Virus record (IMG/VR): IMGVR_UViG_3300037454_000507
Location: 5,005-69,004 of that record
DNA: 64,000 nt
From: a virus
Lineage: Duplodnaviria > Caudoviricetes
Strand: one strand, 5' to 3'
Shown here: positions 49,566 through 58,220 of the stretch, piece after piece
How the letters are laid out: each line of letters starts with the position of its first letter
How positions within the stretch are numbered: position 1 is the stretch's first letter
Notes under the pieces: generated by a model
Told to the model about the DNA's origin: nothing
What the model saw: only the letters and a program-made list of their open reading frames with translations
Databases searched by the model: none
Translations under genes and position numbers: made by a program

Positions 49566-49653
49566 TTTAAACCCTTTTTTAACGTTTATATTATTTATAG
49601 TATAAAGATTTGCGGAATTATAAATATTAAAGCTATTATTAGGGAAATTAAAA

Positions 49654-50580
49654 ATGTTTAATAAGTCCGCAGAACTTCGCGGTCACGGTGAAAAAATTGA
49701 AATGACCAAGGAACAGATGGATGAGTTCATCAAATGTTCCAAGGATATATTTTATTTTTGCAAGTATTTCTATATCATTCAGGATAAGAAAGGTGCAGCG
49801 CCGATTGAACTCCGCGAATATCAAGAAAGAATTATCCAGATGTTCCTTGCCACATATAAAGACAAGGAAGGTCATATAAGAAATAACAGAATTATTACCC
49901 TAGGTCGTCAGGGTGGTAAAACGACTATTTGTACGCTCTACATTCTCTGGTATGCTTTGTTTAACAAGGATAAGGAAATTGCTGTTTTGGCTAACAAGGA
50001 ACAGCAGGCTAAAGAAATTATGCAGAGAATTAGGGCGGCAGTTTTGAAATTGCCTTTATGGCTACAGCAGGGAATTAACCCTGACCGTGGCGGTTGGTCA
50101 AAAGAATCGATTGGTTTTGATAACGGTTGTAAAATTTTCTGTGCTGCTTCTGGTTCGTCTGCAATTCGTGGTAGAACGGTTGACTTGATGTTGGTGGACG
50201 AATTTGCGTTCTTGCCTCCAGAAGATGCTGACGACTTTATTAAGTCTGTGTTCCCGACTCAATCTTCTCGTTCCGACGCTATGTTGATTTTGATTTCGAC
50301 GCCGCACGGAATGAACCAGTTCTATAACATCTGGCAGAAGGCTGTTGCCGGTATCAATTCGTTTGTTCCTGCAAAGGTACAATGGAATGAAATTCCGGGT
50401 CGTGACGAGACGTTTAAACAGAAGATGATTCGTGACCTTGGTATTCAGACGTTCATGCAGGAATATGCCTGTTTGTGCCCTAACGAGAAAATAACGGTCA
50501 AGGACGAAGTCTCTGGAATAGAAATAACTGATACCATAGCCAATATTTATGAGTTATGGGAAGACGGATTTATAAAATAG
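49654..50580 (+). CDS. gp17: Large terminase N-terminal (ATPase) half, ending in a 36-aa N-intein
   Basis: Q motif LREYQ, Walker A GRQGGKTT, Walker B LVDEFAF, motif III ISTPHG, then FMQEYA followed by CLCPNEKITV...stop. Confidence 0.93.
   Translation: MFNKSAELRGHGEKIEMTKEQMDEFIKCSKDIFYFCKYFYIIQDKKGAAPIELREYQERIIQMFLATYKDKEGHIRNNRIITLGRQGGKTTICTLYILWYALFNKDKEIAVLANKEQQAKEIMQRIRAAVLKLPLWLQQGINPDRGGWSKESIGFDNGCKIFCAASGSSAIRGRTVDLMLVDEFAFLPPEDADDFIKSVFPTQSSRSDAMLILISTPHGMNQFYNIWQKAVAGINSFVPAKVQWNEIPGRDETFKQKMIRDLGIQTFMQEYACLCPNEKITVKDEVSGIEITDTIANIYELWEDGFIK
50470..50577 (+). other. Split intein, N-fragment (36 aa)
   Basis: CLCPNEKITVKDEVSGIEITDTIANIYELW has a block A-type start (C-L-x-x-x-x-x-I-x-V) at the terminase QEY junction. 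Confidence 0.85.
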
Positions 50581-50593
50581 CTATAAATAACAT

Positions 50594-52378
50594 ATGAGTA
50601 TAACCAACGCAGATTTGGCATCAGTTAACGAGAATTTACGTGACATTCGCGATTATTCAGAGAAGCTTGAAGCACTGGATAATTTAAAGAAGTATTTGGA
50701 TTCTAAAAGTACAATCAATAAAAGTATAAAGGAATCTGGCGTAAAGACGACTGCTGTAGGAAATAAGTTAAAGGGTGTTATTCAGACATTCAAGTCTTCT
50801 CTTATTACTACGATTAAAGATTCTGCCGATAAGTTGGATAAAACGCTCAATACGATTTTCAAAGATATAAAAGTTGGCGGCAAGGGATTATATAAGACTA
50901 AGGCCGAACAGCTGGAACCGGACAAGGCATTGTCTGCGACGATAGTTTCGCCGTTGGAAGTAGCAAAGTCAGCAGTCGTTTCCGAAAACGACAAGGTACC
51001 AGAATTTGAGTCTCCTGAAATCGTAAAGGCATTGGATAATGTCGCAATTTTACAGAGAGAAAACAACAAGCTGTTCGACAAGTTTATAAAGGCCGAACAG
51101 AAAACAAGACAGGATAAAAATACAGAAGCACTTGTAAACAAGCCTGTCGCTCCAGTTACGCCGAAAGAGAAAAAGGAAAAGGTTGAAAAACCGAAATTCC
51201 CGTTTGATTTCAAACAGTTCATGGGCGGGTTAGGAAAGATACTTAGAGGTATATTAAATCCAGTATCATTGATTATAGCATTCGTTACGAAAACGCTTCC
51301 GTATGTTTTGATTGCAATAGCGTTCCTTAAAGGATTCTGGCAAGGAATCGGCGAGGAGCTACGAGAGAAATTTACGATATTAGGTAAAAAGATACTTGTC
51401 GGGCTAGGAATAATATTTGGTTTGTTTAAAGGCGGGCCTATACTTATCAGAGTATTGACTCTTGCGTATCATGCATTACGAATCAGCTGTTTGCTTATCG
51501 AGCATACAGGTAAGATGTTATTGCTCAAAATAAAGATGGCTCACGAGACTGAAACATTTGCAGAAGAGAAAGGGCTTAATATATTTAAGCGCGGGCTTGA
51601 GTTCGTTAAGTTCTTGCTGGAAAAAGCTTTTATCGGATTCAAGATATTGCTTGAAGTTGCCAAGTTCGTTCTTGTAGCCGCAGCCGCAGTTCTTGTTGTC
51701 GGTTTGTTTATTCTGCTTATTGCCGGAATATTCTTATTATTCTATAAGTTCGGTGATTATTTCATTGCCGGTATTAAGAAAATTATAAGTATATTCTTGG
51801 ATGTTGGTAAGTTTATCATTAATATATTTAGCGCTATTCCGCGAATGATTATCGATGGCGTATTGTCGTTGTTTAGCGGATTGTCAAAATGGATTTTTGG
51901 CGATAAGGATAAGACATCAGTAACGCCGGCGACACAGGAACAGCAGATAAATACAAAATCTGAAGTGACATTCGGAACTGAATTGAAGAATGAATTCCAG
52001 AATATGTTAAAGTCTATAACTGAACCGCTGAATACGATTAATAAGGCAGTTCAGTTTATCGCAGCCCAGACTATGTACAGTAATCTTATGGTTGGCGGCA
52101 TGACTGGAATTTCTCAGCAGACTATTAGGACTATGGCATCTGTTGTTTCTGCCGTGACGGAAGAAAACGACAAGAAGGCTTCGGCTGTCGCATCGGATCT
52201 TATTACGACGAATAATAATTTCAATGTACCGAACGGCATGGCAAGCGACATAGATACATTGAAGAAAGATATTACTAACATGAAAGGCATAATGGCCGAC
52301 TTGTATGAACTTATGGATAATTGGCATAAAGAAGGCGGAAATACGCCGTTTATGCCTGTTAGAATGACTAGACGTTAA
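50594..52378 (+). CDS. Tape-measure / gp29-like protein with hydrophobic central helices
   Basis: 594 aa, helical, long Leu/Ile/Phe-rich segments; located among baseplate genes. Confidence 0.55.
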   Translation: MSITNADLASVNENLRDIRDYSEKLEALDNLKKYLDSKSTINKSIKESGVKTTAVGNKLKGVIQTFKSSLITTIKDSADKLDKTLNTIFKDIKVGGKGLYKTKAEQLEPDKALSATIVSPLEVAKSAVVSENDKVPEFESPEIVKALDNVAILQRENNKLFDKFIKAEQKTRQDKNTEALVNKPVAPVTPKEKKEKVEKPKFPFDFKQFMGGLGKILRGILNPVSLIIAFVTKTLPYVLIAIAFLKGFWQGIGEELREKFTILGKKILVGLGIIFGLFKGGPILIRVLTLAYHALRISCLLIEHTGKMLLLKIKMAHETETFAEEKGLNIFKRGLEFVKFLLEKAFIGFKILLEVAKFVLVAAAAVLVVGLFILLIAGIFLLFYKFGDYFIAGIKKIISIFLDVGKFIINIFSAIPRMIIDGVLSLFSGLSKWIFGDKDKTSVTPATQEQQINTKSEVTFGTELKNEFQNMLKSITEPLNTINKAVQFIAAQTMYSNLMVGGMTGISQQTIRTMASVVSAVTEENDKKASAVASDLITTNNNFNVPNGMASDIDTLKKDITNMKGIMADLYELMDNWHKEGGNTPFMPVRMTRR

Positions 52379-52379
52379 T

Positions 52380-53291
52380 ATGGCTGGATTGATAAATTTT
52401 TATAAGCAACCTGAAGGAAGAACATCGGTTTCGTCTACGTCGCCGGTGTATGTTTCTCATAGGTTCAGTCTGTTTATTAATGAAGACTCGCTCGTAAAAG
52501 GCGAACAGATGAAGACTACGAGAATCAACGGCATTGTCGACCAGCTTCCGGAAATCAGTTATACTACTGGTTGGGATATTTCACCGATTAGTACGGTTTC
52601 AAAAAAGATTGAAGATTTTACGAACAATAACCTTATGAGGGCTATTGCGTCGAACAACAAGGATTTTCGCCCTCCAGTATTTACCGATGGATGGACACAA
52701 AAGACCGTAAAGAATGGTTCTCCGCTTTCTGTAGATATTTCGTTTAGAAGTTATCCGTTATATGCGTTTTCGACGACGCCGTATAAGGATATTTTGAATT
52801 TCATGATTTATATTACGACACCGAGAGAATATAACCTGCAGGCAAGCCTTGACGTTACCAGAGACGCTTTGGCCAAGGCTGAAGAATACGGTAAGAGCAT
52901 AGGGGCGACTTCGGAAGATTTGATAAAAGCGTTTAGTTCTTCCGATATTTCGATTAAGGACATAGCGAATGCGATTCTCGGCAACGACACATCGAAAGAA
53001 GGACGAGAACTTTATAATGCATTCAATACGTTGAAGACTGAAATAGAAAAACTCGGTAATATGAACGACGATAATCTTGGCGGTGCACCGTTATGCATGC
53101 TGGAAATCGGTAAGATGTTGCGTTCCGATACGTCGATTAAGTGGCTGGTAAAGAACTGGTCATTTAAGCCTGCATTGAATACGACAGTTGTCGGCGGAAA
53201 AATCGAACCGATATATGTCGACTTTAAAGTATCGTTAGAAACTCAGCAGATACTTACCGATGCTGATTTAGCGAAAATTATAATTCCTTAG
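52380..53291 (+). CDS. Baseplate tube-cap-like protein (gp48/gp54-like), paralog A
   Basis: VDQLPEISY...FTDGWTQK...ISFRSY; C-terminal WLVKNWSF...VDFKVSLET. Confidence 0.45.
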   Translation: MAGLINFYKQPEGRTSVSSTSPVYVSHRFSLFINEDSLVKGEQMKTTRINGIVDQLPEISYTTGWDISPISTVSKKIEDFTNNNLMRAIASNNKDFRPPVFTDGWTQKTVKNGSPLSVDISFRSYPLYAFSTTPYKDILNFMIYITTPREYNLQASLDVTRDALAKAEEYGKSIGATSEDLIKAFSSSDISIKDIANAILGNDTSKEGRELYNAFNTLKTEIEKLGNMNDDNLGGAPLCMLEIGKMLRSDTSIKWLVKNWSFKPALNTTVVGGKIEPIYVDFKVSLETQQILTDADLAKIIIP

Positions 53292-54702
53292 GAATTTCTG
53301 AAAGACCTGAATCAAGGTCTTTTTGAATACTGTCGGCGGCATACCATGTGCTGCCGCTTGTTATATCGCTATTGAGTATTCTGTACCATTGAGAACGGGA
53401 ATATGTCTGGTCAAGATTACATGTGATATTGAATTCATAATAGTAATGACCGGAATTTGTCCATTCTTCTGAACGTTTGACAGTCCAGTTAGAAATATAG
53501 ACAATAAGCGGCGTTTGCGATTTGAATATGGTACCAGAATAAAGATTCAGATACCAAAGCTTTGCACCGAAACTATTGGAACGGTTAAACTTATATTCTA
53601 CGCGTAACGGTCCATATTTCTTAACAGCGCTATTCAAAAGCGTACTTGCAGAATCTGCTAAAAATTCAAATTTGCCTTTTAGGTCGTCGAGCGTTCTATT
53701 GATTGTACCGCCAGATTGTTTTTGACCAGCGACTTCATCCATAGCAGCTTTTAATTTAGGTTCAACATCTGATTTGACGGCCTTATTTACAGTATTATTG
53801 CTTATATCGCCGATAAGTTGGTTAATTAAGTTATTGAAATCGTCAACAGATTCTTTACCTTCATATGACTTCGATGTTTCTGATAATTTGCTATCAGTCC
53901 ATGAATTTTGATATGACGTAGTTGTAGAATATTTTAAAGTAACAGTTTTATTGCTTGTATTGATGAAAAAGCTATAATATGCATAGACAGATTCTACTTT
54001 TATTGTATTATAGCTAATAGCGCTTTTAAGCTTGTTGATATATATGTCAAGTTGTTCGGCCTTTTTACGTCTTTCTTTGTCATCGTCTTGCGCAGAATTA
54101 TTTTGCGTAGCGTTATTACTGTTTGAAATCTTGAGAATGTCGTTACCGACGGCGGCACCGGTCCCAGTCATATTCTTTAAGCCAGATCTGACATTATCTA
54201 ATGCGCCAGCAAAGGTAAATTTATTATTGTCAGAAATTGCGGCATATTTCTGAAGACGCTTAATCCAAATACTTGCGTCGGTTTGTCCAAGATTATCTGC
54301 TTCGAAAATTTTGAATTTAAGATTTATAGTACCAGGATTATAGCCGTTATAGACTTTCTTGGTCCATGAGCCGGCTTTGACGAAATTTTTCCATTCCGTA
54401 CCAGTAGCGCAACCGATAGAATTGATTAACGAAACGAGGTCATTCGACATGAAGCTTTGCAACATGTCCTGCCATAATATGCCTGGACCGTCTGTATAAT
54501 CTACAGAGAAAGAAATTTCAGGAAGGTCGTCGAGAACGCCGACGAGTTTAATCTGTTCGTCTTCGTCAAATGTTGTTAACTGAAATTTGGATAGGCCGAA
54601 CTTGCTATCGTCAGCGTATGTACTACCGACGAATTTTTTCTTTTGTTTGGCCATTTCCTCAGGATTATTGAGGTTAAGTGTTTCATAGTCATATATTGCC
54701 AT
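53278..54702 (-). CDS. Baseplate tube-cap-like protein, paralog B (with insertion)
   Basis: LDDLPEISF...AGSWTKK...LKFKIF; C-terminal VYISNWTV...EFNITCNL. Confidence 0.45.
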   Translation of the reverse strand: MAIYDYETLNLNNPEEMAKQKKKFVGSTYADDSKFGLSKFQLTTFDEDEQIKLVGVLDDLPEISFSVDYTDGPGILWQDMLQSFMSNDLVSLINSIGCATGTEWKNFVKAGSWTKKVYNGYNPGTINLKFKIFEADNLGQTDASIWIKRLQKYAAISDNNKFTFAGALDNVRSGLKNMTGTGAAVGNDILKISNSNNATQNNSAQDDDKERRKKAEQLDIYINKLKSAISYNTIKVESVYAYYSFFINTSNKTVTLKYSTTTSYQNSWTDSKLSETSKSYEGKESVDDFNNLINQLIGDISNNTVNKAVKSDVEPKLKAAMDEVAGQKQSGGTINRTLDDLKGKFEFLADSASTLLNSAVKKYGPLRVEYKFNRSNSFGAKLWYLNLYSGTIFKSQTPLIVYISNWTVKRSEEWTNSGHYYYEFNITCNLDQTYSRSQWYRILNSDITSGSTWYAADSIQKDLDSGLSEIPKEL

Positions 54703-55106
54703 TATTTTTTAATCCTGCGTGCAAAAATACCTGTAATCATTCCGTTATTTGAAACATACGGTATTTTGAATAACAATACATGGTTAATTTCGTCTTTTTC
54801 AATATCCGCATTGGTGCGGTCTATCTTGATAGGAACCCAGTATTCGATTGCGTCAAATACTTGCGGCATAAGTTCGTCCATTCGTGCAAAATTTTCAAAC
54901 AACAGCAAATATAACGGAGAACCGTACGCGAGATTAAAGAGTCGCTCAAACGGTTCTGTCAGAATTACGTTTTCAATCATCTGGTCAAGCGCGTCTTTGC
55001 CCCAGAGTTCGGTTTTTTCACCTAAACCGTCCAAATCGTAATATGGGTTTACAACGCTTGCATTAGATAATGTAGAAAAATCTGGATTTGCGCTTAGACT
55101 TAACAT
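54702..55106 (-). CDS. gp25: Baseplate wedge subunit (gp25-like)
   Basis: ALDQMIENVILTEPFERLFNLAYGSPL...LLFE...IEYWVP. Confidence 0.85.
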   Translation of the reverse strand: MLSLSANPDFSTLSNASVVNPYYDLDGLGEKTELWGKDALDQMIENVILTEPFERLFNLAYGSPLYLLLFENFARMDELMPQVFDAIEYWVPIKIDRTNADIEKDEINHVLLFKIPYVSNNGMITGIFARRIKK

Positions 55107-55120
55107 ACATTATTTATAGT

Positions 55121-55906
55121 TTAACATTTTACGTTGGTATTTCCTACATAATGTGGAATTCCGGCAAAAAGGCAGTTCGTATAGTTATTGCATAGCTGCT
55201 TGGCGACATTTCTGCCGAGATTTACGTCGCCGCCGACGCTGTTGATGTCGACATTCATTTTAGCTTCGATTTTGGCGTCGCCACCCACGTTTATAGTTGC
55301 ATTGCCGGTAGTATTGATTGACAGATTGCCCGGTCCGGAAAATCCTTCACCGGTATGTATTGTCAACGAACCGTCAGAACCGATATTTATCGTAAGGCCA
55401 GTCCTGTGATGGAATATGGTTTCGCCTGATTTTTTATTCAACGTAAGATATTCGCCCTGGTCGGTTTCTAGCAAGACCATCTTGTTCGGATAGTCTTCCA
55501 TTTTGAACATAAGCGGGTTTTTAGTGAAATCTTGAACGGTAAGCTGTGTATAAGCGACTGAATCAAAAATCGGCTTCTGGATGTCTTTCTGGTCAAAATA
55601 ACCGCGTAATATGGTACCGACTTCAGGAATGATGAAGTTACCGTTGGTACCGCCGAAATATCCCATGTCAGGAACCGCCCACGGGAGAGCACTTTCGGCA
55701 AGATCGTCATAATAGCCGAAAATAAGGATTTTGACACGGCCGAGCTTAAGCGGGTCATCGTTATCAATAACCTTACCGGTCCATCTGTCGCCGCCTGTAT
55801 CTTTGTTGACATTATTGTCTTTGCTTACGAGAGAGTTTTCAAATCCGTTTTCGATACTGTTCATTGCATCGTTTAACAATGCATTTATATCTGGGCTATT
55901 ATTCAT
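55121..55906 (-). CDS. gp5: Baseplate spike (gp5-like OB fold + short beta-helix, no lysozyme domain)
   Basis: WTGKVIDNDDPLKLGRVK...LPWAVP...IPEVG...V.GYF...P. Confidence 0.85.
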   Translation of the reverse strand: MNNSPDINALLNDAMNSIENGFENSLVSKDNNVNKDTGGDRWTGKVIDNDDPLKLGRVKILIFGYYDDLAESALPWAVPDMGYFGGTNGNFIIPEVGTILRGYFDQKDIQKPIFDSVAYTQLTVQDFTKNPLMFKMEDYPNKMVLLETDQGEYLTLNKKSGETIFHHRTGLTINIGSDGSLTIHTGEGFSGPGNLSINTTGNATINVGGDAKIEAKMNVDINSVGGDVNLGRNVAKQLCNNYTNCLFAGIPHYVGNTNVKC

Positions 55907-55908
55907 AA

Positions 55909-57357
55909 TTAACCTGCCTGAGTATTTTTAGTTTCTTTTTTCGTACCGATACCGCCGATACCGTCAGATACACAAGTAGCCATTATTACATACTTTGAAC
56001 CGAACGATATATAATGCGTTAAACCGGAAACGATATAATTATTCGACTGGACACTTGATTCATGGTCCATAGTCGTCATATCTATCGAGATACGGTCGCC
56101 GAGTTTCAACATTTGTTTCGGATCTTTTTCATAACCCGGCTGGTCAGTTACGCTGATAGTCATAAAAGCAAATTGCTGGAAGAACGCGTGCTTGATGCTG
56201 TCATGGTGAATCGGCGCATAGTCATAATACTGGTGCGTTTGACGGAAATATGTACTGACTGAATGATAACGTACTGTTTCACCCTGGCTGTCGGAACGGT
56301 TTGACATTTTACCTAAGCGGGGCCTTTCGTTTTTGCCGGTATCTTTAAAATCTTTTGCCCTGAAACAAGTATCATTCAATGTAATCGCTTTAAGGTTTGT
56401 AATATTGAACGACGCCGGCTTAAAGGTTAGCGGGTTTAACAATAAAGCATTATATGGATTGAAAATATACTTTTTGACGTTATAGCCGCCGTCATTTTGT
56501 AAATAACCGTGATTTGTCAATACGAGGTCATAATATACACTATATGCCGCGGGTTTTTCTTCGGTAGTGGATGTATCTTCGTTTTTGGTATCGTAAAGTT
56601 TTTGATAGCGTGTCTGATGTATAAAATTACTTGTAGTGGCTTTGCCGCATAGCGTATTGATTGAAGTATAATATGCGTTACCGCCTCTGTCAACAAAAAG
56701 AATCGGCATGTCGTCATCAGAAATCCATGCATGATTTATGATTTTTTTCGTAAATTCAGAATATGTCAATGTAGAATTTAACCATGACATATTATCATCA
56801 GGTTTAGAATCGAAATCTATGTTCGGTTTTAAACCGGCATTACTAAGAACAACCTGTAATGTTTCCGCACTGGTATATGATTTATCGAGCGACGGCAATT
56901 TACCTGCCATCGTATCGAATTTCGGCCAGATACAAATATCGTTTAGATACTTTTCGGCGGAATACATGCAGTGAAATTTATATGTATATGAATTTCTGTC
57001 AAAGTCAGTAGAATTTTCTATAGCTTGTATTTTAAATGTTGCTTCCAATAACGGCTTAGAAGCAACTGCGTCATGGCTTATCATTTCAGGCAATATTTTT
57101 ACATAGATGATATTGCCAATTTGAAAATTTACATCATGAAAAATGGTACCGATGTCATTAAGCGTCAGTGTCATGGTAGGCAATAACAGAAAGAAATTTT
57201 CACGAATAATAATTTCTGTAATTTTGTCTACTGGAATATTAAAACCTTTATTTGGGTCATTACTTCCGTATATGACAGTAATGTCACATGTCTGGGTTGA
57301 GACTGTGCTTGACGCGATTGCGGTACTTGAATCAAGAGTTGTATTTTCTTCTGCCAT
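55909..57357 (-). CDS. Baseplate hub protein (gp27-like)
   Basis: Adjacent to gp5; IIIRENFFLLLPTMTLTLND at the N-terminus and LGDRI...NYIVSGLTHYI at the C-terminus. Confidence 0.6.
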   Translation of the reverse strand: MAEENTTLDSSTAIASSTVSTQTCDITVIYGSNDPNKGFNIPVDKITEIIIRENFFLLLPTMTLTLNDIGTIFHDVNFQIGNIIYVKILPEMISHDAVASKPLLEATFKIQAIENSTDFDRNSYTYKFHCMYSAEKYLNDICIWPKFDTMAGKLPSLDKSYTSAETLQVVLSNAGLKPNIDFDSKPDDNMSWLNSTLTYSEFTKKIINHAWISDDDMPILFVDRGGNAYYTSINTLCGKATTSNFIHQTRYQKLYDTKNEDTSTTEEKPAAYSVYYDLVLTNHGYLQNDGGYNVKKYIFNPYNALLLNPLTFKPASFNITNLKAITLNDTCFRAKDFKDTGKNERPRLGKMSNRSDSQGETVRYHSVSTYFRQTHQYYDYAPIHHDSIKHAFFQQFAFMTISVTDQPGYEKDPKQMLKLGDRISIDMTTMDHESSVQSNNYIVSGLTHYISFGSKYVIMATCVSDGIGGIGTKKETKNTQAG

Positions 57358-58199
57358 TAAATACCTATAGTCATTGCCCTATTGCCGGTTTCCCAGCTGG
57401 AGAGTTTAATGTTCGCTACTATATTATATGCGTCAATTGGCTGTTTTGGTTTTTCGAAACAGCAGAACCCTTGTTCATTAGTCATCAAGAGAAATGAAGC
57501 ATTCTGTAGGTTCATGTATATGTAAAGCTGCATTGCGCCGACAGTGTTGAAAATATTGCCTTTTAACTTATACAATGAAGCAAATTCATTTGCGATTTTC
57601 GTATTTTCGTTAGAAAGGTTCTGTAACATTTTTAAGATGGTTCCAATTTTTTCCGGCTGGCATTTTAACAGTTCGTCAAGGTCTTCGCCGCATTCGCGAT
57701 TAAAATGGTCAAATTGCGTACTTGTATTGAACTGTGAAAATATAGAATACATGAGAGAACGATTCATCTGTTTGTATTCTTTTCCATCGCCGGACATCGT
57801 AGAACGAATTCCTTTGAATTCTACGAGTTTATTGGTTCGCATGTCGTATAAGTCGCCTTTGCCGCTGCTAAAACCGATATTTGAGAAGCAGCTTGCGAAA
57901 AGGAATTCACCCTTGCCGATTGCAGGTCTTGCCGTAGTGACGTTCAGTGCGTCATTTATATATTCAGGTTTAAGATATTCGGCAAGATTTGCCCTTTTAA
58001 GAAAATCAGACCATGAAATTTTTGGAAAATTTTGAAAATTAAAAACATTTTTTTCTAATTGTTCGAATAAGTCTTCAGGTTTTACCAGAAGATTTTTCAA
58101 CAACAGCATGCCGTGCTGGTTTGCAAGGCCTTCATGCTTACCGCATTTTTTACTGGTCCAGAATTTCGGAAGCAGGTCATTTAAACTATTCAAATCCAT
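57357..58199 (-). CDS. Putative PD-(D/E)XK nuclease
   Basis: IGKGEFLF...GKGDL...LVEFKG. Start placed at ATG 58199 just after the late promoter. Confidence 0.55.
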   Translation of the reverse strand: MDLNSLNDLLPKFWTSKKCGKHEGLANQHGMLLLKNLLVKPEDLFEQLEKNVFNFQNFPKISWSDFLKRANLAEYLKPEYINDALNVTTARPAIGKGEFLFASCFSNIGFSSGKGDLYDMRTNKLVEFKGIRSTMSGDGKEYKQMNRSLMYSIFSQFNTSTQFDHFNRECGEDLDELLKCQPEKIGTILKMLQNLSNENTKIANEFASLYKLKGNIFNTVGAMQLYIYMNLQNASFLLMTNEQGFCCFEKPKQPIDAYNIVANIKLSSWETGNRAMTIGI

Positions 58200-58204
58200 A
58201 TACA

Positions 58205-58216
58205 TATTTATAAATA
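58205..58216. promoter_or_regulatory. Palindromic bidirectional late promoter TATTTATAAATA
   Basis: Lies between divergent starts at 58199 (-) and 58221 (+). Confidence 0.75.
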
Positions 58217-58220
58217 ACAT

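Noticed and set aside
50470-50580. terL-N as a frameshifted or truncated pseudogene
   Set aside because: The following DNA is a new late promoter and a different gene. The missing half exists intact elsewhere with complementary intein blocks.
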